A stretch of 64,000 bases of DNA from Phoronis australis (Eukaryota > Animalia > Phoronida). Positions 51,550 through 64,000 of the stretch are shown here, in pieces. The first letter of the stretch is position 1, and every line of letters starts with the position of its first letter. The notes below the pieces were generated by a model. It was not told the origin of the DNA. It saw nothing but the letters and a program-made list of their open reading frames with translations, and did no database searches. Position numbers and translations under genes: made by a program. The stretch is from assembly GCA_002633005.1 (NCBI GenBank), contig NMRA01000357.1:407075-471074 (forward strand), given 5' to 3'.

Positions 51550-52780
51550 TCTCATAGAAACACTCTTTTTACGCAATCTCAGATTTAGTTGGCACGGCTG
51601 CAAGCCATTTTTAGCGTGTATTTAAAGGGCTCGCGAAATCGAGGCTGTTAATCTATCACCACTAGTACACGCACGCCCTCTAGTTATTGTAGATTTTCCG
51701 AATAGCACCATTGCTGACTGAGCTTGCCCAATATTATACATATGTCTACCATTTTCATCTAGTCTGTACGACATGCTATAAACGACTCTTAGATAACGTT
51801 CCTGTGGCATATTCAGCTAACAAAGTATCTTGCAAACAGAGGATGACTGCCACATTCACCCAATACTGCAGCGTAAGAGCAAGAACCGCCAAGTCCCAGT
51901 GTCGATTTACAAAATTTAAATGAGTTTTTTCTAAACACTCGTATCCTTTAAAACCCCAAATCTCGGCACCATAACATAATGTTGGGAACACCAGTTTATC
52001 AGATAACTGAAAGGCGAGTGATGGGGGCACATCGCGTCATCTGCGCTGTAGTTTCAAAACATATGATGCAGCTTTACTTGCTTGACGAGAGAGTTTTTGT
52101 CGCTTTTGACCATGACAATTTAGGTGTGATAAAAACACCAAGATATTTATAACGATATCAAGTTGCTGTTTGTTAAAAAACATTTCTCATAATGTCTTAA
52201 GTGGTCTTCATTTCTAAATACAATTATTTTGTTGTTTTTTTTAATTCACAGCCGTAATTCATGAATCACAATAATCGTTAAGTTAGATGCTGTTAGTGTG
52301 TACAAAACCATGCCATCTGCATATAATAATGAATTAATATTCATGCGCGCAACCAGCCTTCGATATGGGGGCTCAAATTCCTGGCAATGTGGACTTTTTA
52401 CTAACAAAATAGTAAGGCGACTAAAAAGTACCACGACCGGAGCTGTGTGAATTGTGCGTTAGTGGTCTTTCATCTCGTTTTCTCGGACTTTCCGTTTCTC
52501 TGGGGCTGACCTTTTTGCCCACTTCGCCCCCCGAGGCCCCCTGGGCGCTTGCATGATATTTGTAGCATGCTCATCTAAAGTAGATGCTTTTAAAGTCGAT
52601 AGGTGAATCGAGTTTCTCTAAAAATTCATTGAGATGCAGAACAAATAGCAGAGGGCTTATCACACAGGCTTGACGAGTACCAATAGTGCAATAACATGTA
52701 AATAAGTCTGTTAAACAATCAGGTGCTTTAACTCATGATCTCAACTTGCTATACACATATCGCAGAATTGATAACATATT
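51550..52780 (-). mobile_element. Decayed non-LTR retrotransposon RT fragment (possibly extending to about 50250)
   Basis: Minus-strand motifs GTRQACVISPLLFVLHLNE, INSLLYADGMVL (YADD-like), YKYLG and DKLVFPTLCYGAEIWG; interrupted by the MITE at 52342-52555. Confidence 0.8.
52342..52555. mobile_element. CATG-ended MITE with 5-bp TSD (ATATT) inserted in LINE RT
   Basis: CATGCGCGCAACCAG...CTGGGCGCTTGCATG; ATATT on both flanks. Confidence 0.75.
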
Positions 52781-53612
52781 ACCATGAACATTAATTTGCA
52801 CAAGTCTATGAAAGAGTAAAATATGTGGTACTCGATCAAAAGCTTTTGAAAAGTCAATATATGCACAATAGAACCCAGCTTTTGTAAGTATATGGATCTT
52901 GATTGTGACTTACCCGTCTGACGGCCTTCATACCGGCTCATTTCTCATCAAACTTGTACCATTTGACCATTTGTACGCAGCCCGTTTTTCGTTAGAAGCC
53001 CAGTGGTGTATAATTACAGCAGAAGCTAAAGACTCATAATTTAATTCCTAAATTATCATCATTTCGCATACCTGACACGTTTAAACGATATTTTTGTTTC
53101 TAAAATGCGAAAAACAATAGGGTGTTTTAGTAGCATAAAAACGGAATGGGCCAGAGAGGTTAAATCAATGAGAAGTTAAACCAGCAGGGAAATAATTTCA
53201 ATAATTCAAAAGATGTCTACCCGATAAAAACGGAGATATTAGAATATGGACGTCCTATTTTTTCATTTCAGTCGAACGAAAAAATAGTGTAGCATGGGAA
53301 ATTAAAACGTATAACATTTTGGTAGTCTTGCGGAGTGGCTGGAAAAATTGAAAAAGTGGGATATTCCGTCAAGAGCGGAATAATTGGTTAGTAGCATGTA
53401 CACTGTCAGCAAGATGAAGAATTGACCTAGATATTTTACAAGGTAAACTTTCATTATTTTCAGATTAATTTGACTGGTAAAGGTAAATATTATCAATAAA
53501 ATTCACTGCCCAGAAATATCATTTATAAAAAAGATTTGGGCAACAGGTAAACATTGCGCAAATGAATTATTATAGAAACAATTGAAACCCGTAATAATTT
53601 ATAGAAATACAA

Positions 53613-53636
53613 ACACACACACACACACACACACAC
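53613..53636. repeat. (AC)n microsatellite
   Basis: About 12 AC units read directly. Confidence 0.9.
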
Positions 53637-54277
53637 CCTTAGCTAAGCAAATAAAAGTAATGTTTCGAATTTTACGTAAACACACCTGTTAGTAGGCCCT
53701 AAACCTTTCATTTATAATTACAGATTAAACACTCAGAAACCAAAAGTCACTTCTTTCCGTAAAATACTGCCACATTTTGAACACCCGGTACATATAAAAA
53801 ATGACCAATGTATGGTTTGTTGACTAACTTTGTGGGGAAGTCGCTAGTTGTCTGTTCGCAACTACGCAAAACGAAATGACATCGAAATGGAATATAGTTC
53901 TAAAACCCCCTCCACCCCTATGACCCCCACCCCATGACCCCCACGACCATCTCGACCCAGGACACTCTCGACCCACAAGCTCTAGTCCCACGACTCACAA
54001 CCCCCATGGCCCACAACCCCTTCCACCCAGTCTACACAAGCTCGAGTAAATCTGAACATAAAAAGCGCTGACTTGCAGGAGCAAAGAGTCGGGCTGTGAG
54101 CTCGGCTGGCTTTTCCCTGTATTTTTTGCAATCAAGAGGGTCGGTTCGGCAAGTTTGAAAGCCAAAAACAGAAGAAAACAACAACACGACCAAATCAAAT
54201 CGGATACCTGTCAACGTTACAAATGTCGCAGAACAGGGGGTGGTGGGTCGAGAGCTTCGTTGGGTGGGGGGGGGGGG

Positions 54278-54383
54278 NNNNNNNNNNNNNNNNNNNNNNN
54301 NNNNNNNNNNNNNNNNNNNNNNNNNNNNNNNNNNNNNNNNNNNNNNNNNNNNNNNNNNNNNNNNNNNNNNNNNNNNNNNNNNN
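54278..54383. other. Assembly gap (N run) after a poly-G tract
   Basis: 106 Ns. Confidence 0.99.
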
Positions 54384-54501
54384 ACGGAACGAATTTCTTC
54401 ATGTGCTGGCGGATCATGTCAGAAAAAATACTGAACGTAATTAAGTCAGCCAAACACTACGGACAGGTACACTGTATTTGATAGCATTCCTGACGAATCC
54501 C

Positions 54502-54793
54502 GGATTGTTCTAAAACCCCTTCGACCCCCACACCCCACGACCCTCTCGACGCACGACCCCCAACACGAGTATGCAGCAGAAAGTAAATAATAAAATGTGA
54601 AAATACGTCCTTTTACGTTAACGTAATCTCTAGACGTTCATGGGAGTCATTCAGCGACCTAATGTGATTATGAAATTGTAAAAGGCAAAAATTACATCTG
54701 TTGACGCATTTCGTAGGTCGAGGGGGGTCGTGGGGGTTGTTTGAGTTGAGGGGATCGAGGGGTTTGGGGGTCAAAAGGGTTTTAGAACAATCC
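54502..54793. mobile_element. MITE with TIR GGATTGTTCTAAAACCC and C-rich subterminal repeats; related copy at about 53897-54277 runs into the gap
   Basis: 17-bp inverted match GGATTGTTCTAAAACCC / GGGTTTTAGAACAATCC; GACCCC-type subterminal motifs. Confidence 0.6.
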
Positions 54794-57184
54794 CACACAG
54801 GCCGATCGAGCTTCGCAAGTTAACAGATACGTGAAAATTGACGGGTGCAATGTAGAAGTAAAAGAAGCACTCTTGGAATTCAAAACATTGCAGTGGACAT
54901 GTGCGTTCGCCGGATGAAAATAAAATTGTCAGGAGAGCAGTCGTCAGACTAGGTTCTATCGTTGACGGAAGGACCTAACTAAACGGGAAACGTTTGAATG
55001 TTTAGAGATATTTGCAGTCGAGTTGAATTCTAGATCGGGAATTTCCAGTTGCTCACCATTTTCACGAAAGACATCGCTCTAGTCGATACACGCAGTGTTG
55101 GCTTAAGCAGTAAATGGTTGTTCAACGCCTACAGTTTTTGTATCAATTTAGATCGAGTACATATGTAGTTCTACTCGATAACGGCAGGTTTGGTTTGGTT
55201 GCGTTACATGACACCTGACGTAATTGGTTTCACACGCAGTCTGTTCAGCAGTTCACAACACGGGTTAGCGGTGTCAGCTTATCGCTTGAATTCATCGTTT
55301 AACACCATTAAATCATCAAACTTCTATGTAAAACCCTTAAAAATACACCAAGAACTTATAAAAACGTGTTGTTTTATGTCGTTGTTACGGATTTACTGGT
55401 ATTTGGGCACACCGTAGCCCACAAAGTTTGGCAGGCCAATTTACCAAGGTCCGTAGCAGGAGTTTGGGGTCTGTTCGGGGATAAATTCGAAGTATTCTTC
55501 CGTGAAATACAGACAGGAGAACCTAGATTTGTGTTGTTTATACTTGTGATTTTTTGAGTTCTAAACGCGCAAAACGCTTGTTAACCCGGCCAGTGGCTCG
55601 GAACCCGATCAGGCCCGTCGCAGCCGCCGGGACTGGCAGGAACATAAACCAGCTTGAATTGGAAACTAAACCTCCAGTCACGAAAAGACTATAATAGTGA
55701 ACCAAAGAAATAATGTGCACGTAATTCTTTTGGTGAATTAGCCACGAAACTGAAAATCTACTTACTTGTCGTGGGCCGCGAAGTCGGGGTTTCTCTTCCA
55801 CAGGCCGTCAGGGCAAAGGTTGTACAGTAACAATGATTTGAATAATGTATAGTGTATAGAAGTAGTACCCATGTGTTGTATTTGTGCGAAGGGAGATGAT
55901 TGCATCCTGCCACCCTCAACTCTCTGAAAGCGAAGTAACTTTTAAAGGTGGCAGAGCGATAGCCTAGCTGAGGTAGACTGGGTCTGAACCATGCAGAAAT
56001 TAAATATGCTACTGGTTAGTAAATTTCGTGCTCATCAATAGTTTCCTCATTGTTGTAAAATGTGAAAATGTTTAAACCTCTGTAATTATAGCTGTGAGAA
56101 AGTTCAACAATAAACTCTGTAATGCTTAGCTTCGTCAGTTGTACTTTTTAACGACGTCATTTTTAATAATTATATATAATAGGATATTTTTGTTTGGAAT
56201 TTAAAGATGCAAGCTAAAGGTGGCAGAAACTGAAGATCAATTGAAATGATGGCTGAAGGGCTGAGCTGAAGTATGCTGGGGACAGAGGCGGAGACAACAA
56301 ACAGGTGAACAACAATGTTATAGTTTTCAAAATCGATGAATTGGCAAATCTTTTGAACACGTAGTCTTTCTAGCATTGTGAACAAAACTGATTTTTTTCA
56401 ACTTTTGTAGTAATATTCCTTAATATAGAGTTTAGTTTTTCATAACAAGCCAAACCTAAAATTAAACTTTTGAATATGAAACCAAAGGTCTCAACATATG
56501 TTTTTGATGAATTTGCTTCGTAGTGAATTTAAAACTTACTTTCATGTATTTTTGCTATTTGCAGGGAAAGCTGTGCAAGTTTTAGATTATGCCCAATAAC
56601 TTGGTAGTAACGAACAAGATACAGATTGATTCTGCAGTGCATATTAACTTGGGCCTTCTTGTATAAAGGTTTAAAAGAGAGTACATCTTTATGCCTGATT
56701 AAAAATATTTCGTATTTCATTTAACTTGGAGATGGCATCTTAATTTTGTACTGATATGTTTAAATCTGGTCAAATTTTAACATTCTTTTAAGTCTTTTTA
56801 AAAGTTTATACCGCTTGGGCCCCAGTTCTTATGAAGGCTCTGTGTTGAGAGACATCTTCTTCAACTTCAATTAAATTCTTAGACAGTTGAAAGAAATGCA
56901 TTGTTATAGTTGCTAAAATTGCTTTAAATTCCACTGCTCTATATTCCATAGCTTGATTAACATTCAGTTTTTCGTTGAAATGTTTAGGATTAATTATTTG
57001 CTACTTCGATGTTCATTTAGGCACATGATTGTATTTTAGTATATTGATTTATGTCAGAAGATTGACTGTGGGTTTATTTAAAAGGTAGCTATGCTTTGAG
57101 ATTGTGCGTAGATGGAAAGTGAATGATCAAATCCAGTAATTAATTTATTATATGATAACACCTAATTAGACAAGTGAAATCTAT

Positions 57185-57919
57185 TGTTAATCAAGTAATC
57201 AACTACAAAGAGTAACTACGCTAGCGCCCTCTTTAAAGATTACTTTAATCAAACAACCAAAACGATCAAATGTCTTATCTGCTATCCAAGCTAGGACTCT
57301 CCACTTGTTGGATGTCTGTCCTGTTGGTGAATCTTCGAACTACTCACACTGTATAGCGACAGTGTACTTACTGGTCACCGTCTCTGGTGATGCAACACTT
57401 GCAGGCAATTTCTTCTACCCGCGATTGTTCTTGCTGGTCACAGTCTCTGGCTGATGACGCATTACTTCAGGTAGTATCTTACTACCTACGATGCAAGTGA
57501 CAAGCTCTTAGTTAACTTCCTGTTCGTTAACCCTTGCCCTTGCCAAGATCCTTTCTAGAATCTTCCACGAGATGGCTCTGTCGTACAATGGCTTCTGTAC
57601 ACTGTAGCAAGTCCTTATGCTTCAACTACTATAGCGCATCTAATTGTCTAGTTGATTTCAGCCCATAATATAACATTCTACTTATTTAGTGATTGGCTAA
57701 TAAAAACCACATGATCATATCCACTCATATTATTGGCTGTTACAATTTGTTCTCAGACTATTTTAGAATCTCTAGAGTACTTTGACCCCAGAACCCAAAG
57801 TTGTAAACACCATCTAAAATAGATTTTGACGTTAAAATACATGTCAACAAGTCTGACCCCATGACTTAAAAGTACATATGCACAAATTTTGGGCAACTTA
57901 AAATGGATCTATTCTTACT
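57185..57919 (-). mobile_element. Possible solo LTR
   Basis: On the minus strand, CCAAT boxes, a TATA-like TAAATAA and ATTAAA occur in LTR order; one terminus is degenerate and no TSD was found. Confidence 0.25.
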
Positions 57920-58270
57920 AATTACTTAATCAATATTTATTCTGACGATTTTCATCTCATGTCCTGTGTTTTTCATAGTGGCCCATGGATCCCTGTTTAA
58001 GTATCCCTGAATTTTTTTTAAATTGTATTTTACCAACTGTTTGGCATACGCATAATTCTTGTAGTCATAATGTAAGTTTGTTGATTTGCTCATATTTCTC
58101 TATTTTATGTCCTGCAATGAAACTTTAATTACTGGAAAGCTCACTTTGGCAACTATTAAGCTAATGGAACATTGATCAATTTCATTTTTTTTGTTCCAAA
58201 CGTAGTTTTGAGTATTCTTTGATATATAAACTCAGGCTTTGTAATGAGCATTATTTTTTAGTCTATTATT

Positions 58271-58490
58271 CATGCGCGCACCCAGCCAAAAATGGGGAGC
58301 TCTAATTTTTGAAAATGTGGACCTTCTACTCAGATTCAGGGGTACGTTCAGAGCTATGAATTTTGCATTCCTAGAATTTTGGTTGTTCCTGCGTTTTTAG
58401 TGGACTTTTGTTTTCTACTTTTTTCGAAGTTTTTTTTGCTACATGACTGACATTTTTGCCCACCCTATCAAAAGGAAGGGTGCACGCATA
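58271..58490. mobile_element. CATG-ended MITE, same family, degenerate right end
   Basis: CATGCGCGCACCCAGCC...GGGTGCACGCATA; internal similarity to the 23146 and 52342 copies. Confidence 0.6.
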
Positions 58491-59019
58491 GTAATTATTA
58501 AGTTTAAAGCTTTACGGGTGAAGTGTTTGTTTCTCCTACAGTGTAATTATAACGTTAGCACAGTTTTCAATGAAAGTCACTATACGAGGCTTGCCACAAA
58601 TTTACATGTTCAAGGTCATAATGAGATATTTGCATCTTTGAAAGTTATCTTCTGTGCAAATAGTTTATTTTTATTATTTACTTTATCATTCACCATTTTT
58701 GATATTCATCATTTCTGGTATTAATATGTTTTAATCAAATACTTAAAGAACACAGGAATGCCTTTAATGACACACTGTGTGCTGTGCATATCCTGATGTA
58801 CAATCCGAGCATTGTTGTCGCCACCAGTTGGTTGGGTGGCCCTGGCTCCTCTTGACATGTTCTGGACTGTTTACTAACGTCGAACCTACCTGCGACTTTT
58901 TCACCACGTGTGTTTTCCGATTGCTCCCATAGATGAAATACTGATTTAATCGTTAAATTAGTACATGTATGTCCTCTATGGGAGCAAGCGGGAAAAGCAG
59001 GTGGTTGAATAGTCAAAGG

Positions 59020-59405
59020 TCGGTGCGAAGTTGGCAAACGGTCGCTTTTATGTTGGTGCGACGTTGGCAAACAGTTGCCTCTTAGTTGGTGCGACGTTGG
59101 CGAACAGTAGCCTCTAAGTTGGTGCGACGTCGGTAAACAATCGCTTGCAGGGTGGCGGGACGTTGATAAGTGGTCGGAATTGAATTGGCGCGACGTCGGT
59201 AAAGGGTCGTATTTACGACGTCGGCCCCAGGTCGTACCGTCGTCGGTTATTAGTCGGCAGTCGGACCAACGTCGGGTCATCGGCGGCCCGACTGCGACGT
59301 TCTTATTACGTCGTTACAACTTTCATCCGATGGACAAAATCACGTTGGTCCGACGTCAGACACCAACGTTGGCCCGACCTAACGTGAGTCAGCATGCTAT
59401 CTGGG
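59020..59405. repeat. 33-bp tandem repeat (about 6 copies, core GGTGCGACGTTGG) inside a probable CCCAG-terminus MITE remnant
   Basis: Core recurs at 59023, 59056, 59089, 59122, 59155 and 59188; region ends in ...GCTATCTGGG. Confidence 0.6.
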
Positions 59406-60904
59406 ACGAGCTAGGTAGTGAGTGCTTACTGGTCTCCAGAGAGCGCTCTAAGGAGAAGAACTTAGAATTTAGGTTGACAACGAAAACTGGGATTACTGAC
59501 CGACGTTTTGACCACGACCAACACATCGGTGATGACGCAGGCACTAGCTACGACACCAATGATGACGTCACCAACATTGGGTCGACAACGACTGCAATTG
59601 CAAGTCACAAAAAACGTATGGCGAGTTTTCATGATCCTTTCAAATCGTTTGAGCGCATATGGTATATTGGTCCGTAACAACACTATGCAAAAATTGTAAG
59701 TATACGTAATTTACTGCGTTTTTTTGAAATGGATTGAGTAGCGATTGGATATGATGTCACATACATGTACAATGACCCAACGAGATAAATATACCTCATT
59801 GCATTGACTGAGAAGTCCATCACGCTTTACGCTTCACGCATTTGGCCTAAGGCACAAGTCGTAACGAGATGCAGATCACTTATTCAAGATAACTCTGGCA
59901 ATAAAGCAACTACTGTACATGTACACAGATGTCGATCATGCACCAACAACTATGACAACAATGTCAATGACCAGAATGTTGCTGCCCGTGAGTAAGATCC
60001 CCCCCACTAAATACGCCACTGCCGATGTCAACATCAGCGAGCCGCCCAAAGCAGGGAGACTTTGGTATCGTTGTTAATGTTAAAAAAACGCAACATATTC
60101 AGTTTAAATCTGTTTCCACCCCACATGCCACCACCAACAGCATGAGTGGCTGTGAATCGTTTGACACCTAGATAAAAAAGCACAGCTCTGTTTTGAATAT
60201 TTCATGATTGCCAAAATTTTTGTAACCCCGCAATCCAAAATTGGTGCCACACATGAATTAAATAATGTTTGTAATGTTTCGAATCCTAGATTCTAGTTAA
60301 CACGGAATATTGAGCATATCTTCCCTAACGCTCTAACAGAAGCTTCAGATACGTATTCAAATTTTCTTTGAAGTGAAGGTGTTGATCCAGTTGTATTAGG
60401 ATTTATAACTAAGGACACTGTTTAAAACAAATTCAAAATTGCTTCTAGGCATGGAGGTAGCTCAAAAATGGACAATGTTAGTTTTTGCCATGTTTACAAC
60501 CATTCTACACATTTTATACCTTCAACATACATGTATCTTGCTTGTCATTTTCATTCTTAGACAAAAGTGCAATATCGTCGGCATAAAGAAGCACTGAAAT
60601 ATTGTTCGGGCTGCGACTGCCCACGGCCATCTAAATAGGCAGCATCCAGCCACCACGAATAAACTTTTTGAAATTCCGAATGATTTGTAGTTAAAAAATT
60701 AAATATAGATTTATATTTTCATCTTTTTTACATAATTAATACCAGGGTCCACGCACTTTTAAGAGTACAGAGAGACGCATCCAATGAAAAATCCCCTCTC
60801 TGTGCGCTACTGACTGTGGGGTGTACCTAGTCAGGCTCACACTCAGTGACACAAGAAACAATTATGGTAGTCGTGGCCAATTGTAATCACTACACCATGT
60901 TTTA

Positions 60905-63900
60905 TAGTCCGGTCCCTTAGCAGCCAAAACCCCCAAAACATTTACACCCCGGATTAAAGCACCAAATTTGGTACACAGATACTTTGGAACACGCTGAATC
61001 TCATGGGGGTCGGTTGCCCGAAATTTGAGGTCAAGGTCAAGGTCAAATCAAGGTCAAAGGTCATGTGGGTAATTTTTTTGAAATGGCTTCAGACGAAATA
61101 TCTGTTTCATTACTGTTTCAGGTGATAAGCAGGAGGCCTCATTTATATTTAAAATTAATGTTAAGAACTTGTACAAATAAGTTAAAAGTAAAAAAGTAAT
61201 TTTCCAAACACTTAAGATGGTAATTATCCTAATTAATAGAGCATTACATTTTCAATGAAAAATAAGTCTATTTGTTTTCTCTGGCTGAGAAAAACTGTCA
61301 AACTAGTGTATGAATATGCATTAAATCAACTCTAAAATGTTTTACCTTTAACAGAAATTCATCTTTAAATGTTTTGTTACAATATTTATCGTTAATTATG
61401 TAACAAATCGTCTCCGTAATTAAACGAAATCGGACATCTTGCTAAATTTTCAAAGAACAATTGCTGAAACTTTTATCATCATTTTTAATTTGATCATAGC
61501 TGAAAGTAACTTTGTTAATTAATGAGTCTATATTTTAGTTTGAACTTGATTGTCACATAAACTAAACTAATTAAAGTAATTTAGGTCATTTATGGTTTCC
61601 AGTAGAATGAAATAAAAAGTCAGGTTTTACTTGTTGTATCACAATAAGGTGAAGCCCTTGTTGCACTATACTTTATAACAGGTCCCGGCATAATGATTGT
61701 CTTGAGAAACTTGTCCTATAAACCAATGTCTATTTTTAAGATTTGTGTCCATCCAGTTAGTTGTTTTGACTAATTATGTAACAACTGAAGCTGACTTGCT
61801 CATCCAGACAACAGTACCCAAGCAGGTGACATCAGGTCTGAGACTAGCATGATGTTGACCTTCAGTTCATTGTTCTTGTAATATTATTTTGAATGAGATT
61901 TACTAATATAGGTATGTACTTTTTGAGTAACTATGTATATGAAAATATCCTAAATTGATTTAACTGATTGGAGATAATCATATCGCGTTTGGTGGTGATA
62001 GACCGACCCAAAAAACCTCGCCTCATTTTCGAATAGGTGGAAATTCCTGAGATTTCCACAAACCTTTGAGTAAAATGCGATTTCACGCCTATACACATTT
62101 CCTGATGGCGTTAAAGTTCCATTGCCAGACGTAATTTTCATGTTTATTGCCCCTACAGCCCTAATGGGTAATAGACTATTGAAATCGCTGATAAAAGCGT
62201 GTCAAGTTTATAGTCTCTGTAACCCCTCAGATTCTATCACGAATATTTCGCGTTATGACTTTTGGTGGACTTCAGCACATCTGAAGACAGGAGCAGGGAT
62301 TTCCTGTTTAAATCAGTACAGTAGCTATTCCCATAAATACAATGTAAGTTGTTTAATAAGGCATAAGAGACTAATTTTTCCAAGAGCCCTATTCCGATAA
62401 ATAATATCTACAAAAATTACACTTTGATTTAGCAGTAGATTCTTCCCAAGGCCAAGTTGTTTGAGCAATGCCCTACTCCAGAGTCACCACTAGTAATTGC
62501 CCGACAACCGATTGTTCTAAAACTTTATTGAAAGTAGTTGAGATAACGTACATTTTCTGAATAACAAGCCATAGGCACAATTATTAGAAATGTTTCGAAG
62601 ACGACTGGTTACCTGAGCTGAAACGATACATCAGCTCTCGTTAAATTACTATGACGTATTCATACTGCCTGCTTCAGGCCACAGGCCTCAGTGGCTACAG
62701 TTGGTAGAGCTGACTCCTTTCTTCAAGCTTCGCACTTGACTCGAAAATAGCATGCACATCTCTGGCAAAGCTTCAGGAAGAACCCTTTCTTATTGTGAGA
62801 AATGAAGGTGCAGTTTTCGACCAACATCTTTCTCCGGCTGGAAAAGTGATAACCAAACAAGAAGTCCAAAATTTGATTTCTGAAATGTGATTTTACTGAT
62901 CTTGATGTTCGTCCTTGCTCATAGCGAAGGCAACTTGCCACTGTACATTGATGTCCTTGAATTTCTTGTGCTCTATTTCCTTGCTCTTGACCTTCAAAAT
63001 TATGCAAGATGGGTCCCTTTCCACATCCAAGACATGACAGCTATGTCAGCTAACGTATGACAACAACTGAAGGAACACTGGGTGTTTTCAAAGACACAGT
63101 AAAAATTCTGTGCTATTGCAATTGACCAAGCGGATCATCAAAATAATGCTTTAGTCAAAGACAGTGATGGGGCTATTGGATTAACTAAAAATCAAAACGC
63201 TTTGACAGGGTAGTGATTGGGAGCTAGCTAGCCTGGTTGGTGGCTGAGTTTGATTGTCAATAGCGTTTTGAAGACAATAGTGAGGAGACAAGCCACCACA
63301 AAGACATGACATCCTTCCAGAACAACTTTAAAAACCATGTGAACAGTTTGTGTGGTGAAAGATGTAATTTCAACCAATAGAAGCCCTTTCTTTGTCCATG
63401 GTGATAAACTTATTACGATAGATACGCTACAAGTCTTCAGATTATCGAAGTGACTGGAAAACAGCAATATGACAACTATAAGCAAACAGTCCTAATTGTA
63501 AAGTCACAACCAATAAAGACTCCTATAAAGATAAAACAAGTATGCTGTTTTCAAAAAAGCTAGCGGGAAGGCAAAGTGAGCAACTCAGCAACGCATGGAT
63601 GACATCAAGAAAGACTGCAGCTTAGTCAGCTTTTTGTAGCTAGCCAATTTCTAGAAGCTAACCTGGATGATTTTCTTATGCATGAGAATCATTCTTGGCC
63701 ACCCTCCCTGAACCAAAACGGCAGTCTCCGTTTACCTTCACAGAAGTCACTTAACATGTTGGAATTTCCTCATCCAGACGTTCCTGAATCCGTCGATGTC
63801 AAAGCCTTTGATCGACCAGCTATTGGGCACAGGTTTTCTCCAAACGAATCAGTGACATTTGGACAGTTCGGTGGGCACATTCTAAACTTCACAAGTGTAG

Positions 63901-64000
63901 TAGAGTTGACATTGTGTTTGCAGATGCTTACACCGAAGGCAGCTTGAAGGCCACCGCAAAAGCTGATAGAGGTTCGGGTGACCTTGCCAAAGTTTCACCC
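60905..64000 (+). mobile_element. Decayed Academ DNA transposon, second family (copy 2, runs off window end)
   Basis: TAGTCCGG terminus; plus-strand transposase remnants LALDLQNYARWVPFHIQDM, AIAIDQADHQNNALVKDSDGAIGLT and HENHSWPPSLNQNGSLR, with stops and frameshifts. Confidence 0.82.

Noticed and set aside
54155-54481. Gly-rich and Pro-rich ORFs
   Set aside because: Artefacts of translating through a poly-G tract and the N gap.
58735-59677. Longest ORFs (181 aa with PTSHQ repeats; 165 aa) and a CRISPR-like periodicity
   Set aside because: They arise from a 33-bp degenerate tandem repeat in a probable MITE remnant. The period is too short for CRISPR, the spacers are related to each other, there are no cas genes and the context is eukaryotic.

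Overview
AT-rich animal genomic DNA, probably a marine invertebrate (spliceosomal GT-AG introns, abundant TACATGTA, many DNA transposons); one assembly gap at 54278-54383. Most ORFs in the supplied track are spurious or overlap exons. The dominant feature, reconstructed by hand, is a 5'-incomplete plus-strand gene of 34 coding exons (592-43292, about 1357 codons in the window). It encodes seven tandem His-rich lipocalin (ApoD-like) domains, each built from four exons, then a Ser-Gly/acidic segment resembling glycosaminoglycan attachment sites, two thyroglobulin type-1 domains and a short tail. All exons join in frame with canonical splice sites. Introns and the downstream region hold decayed mobile elements: an Academ transposon with a Sola3 element nested in it, a second Academ family in two copies, LINE RT fragments, a tRNA-derived SINE with a target-site duplication (TSD), a Helentron-associated (HINE/DINE-1-like) element and several MITE families.
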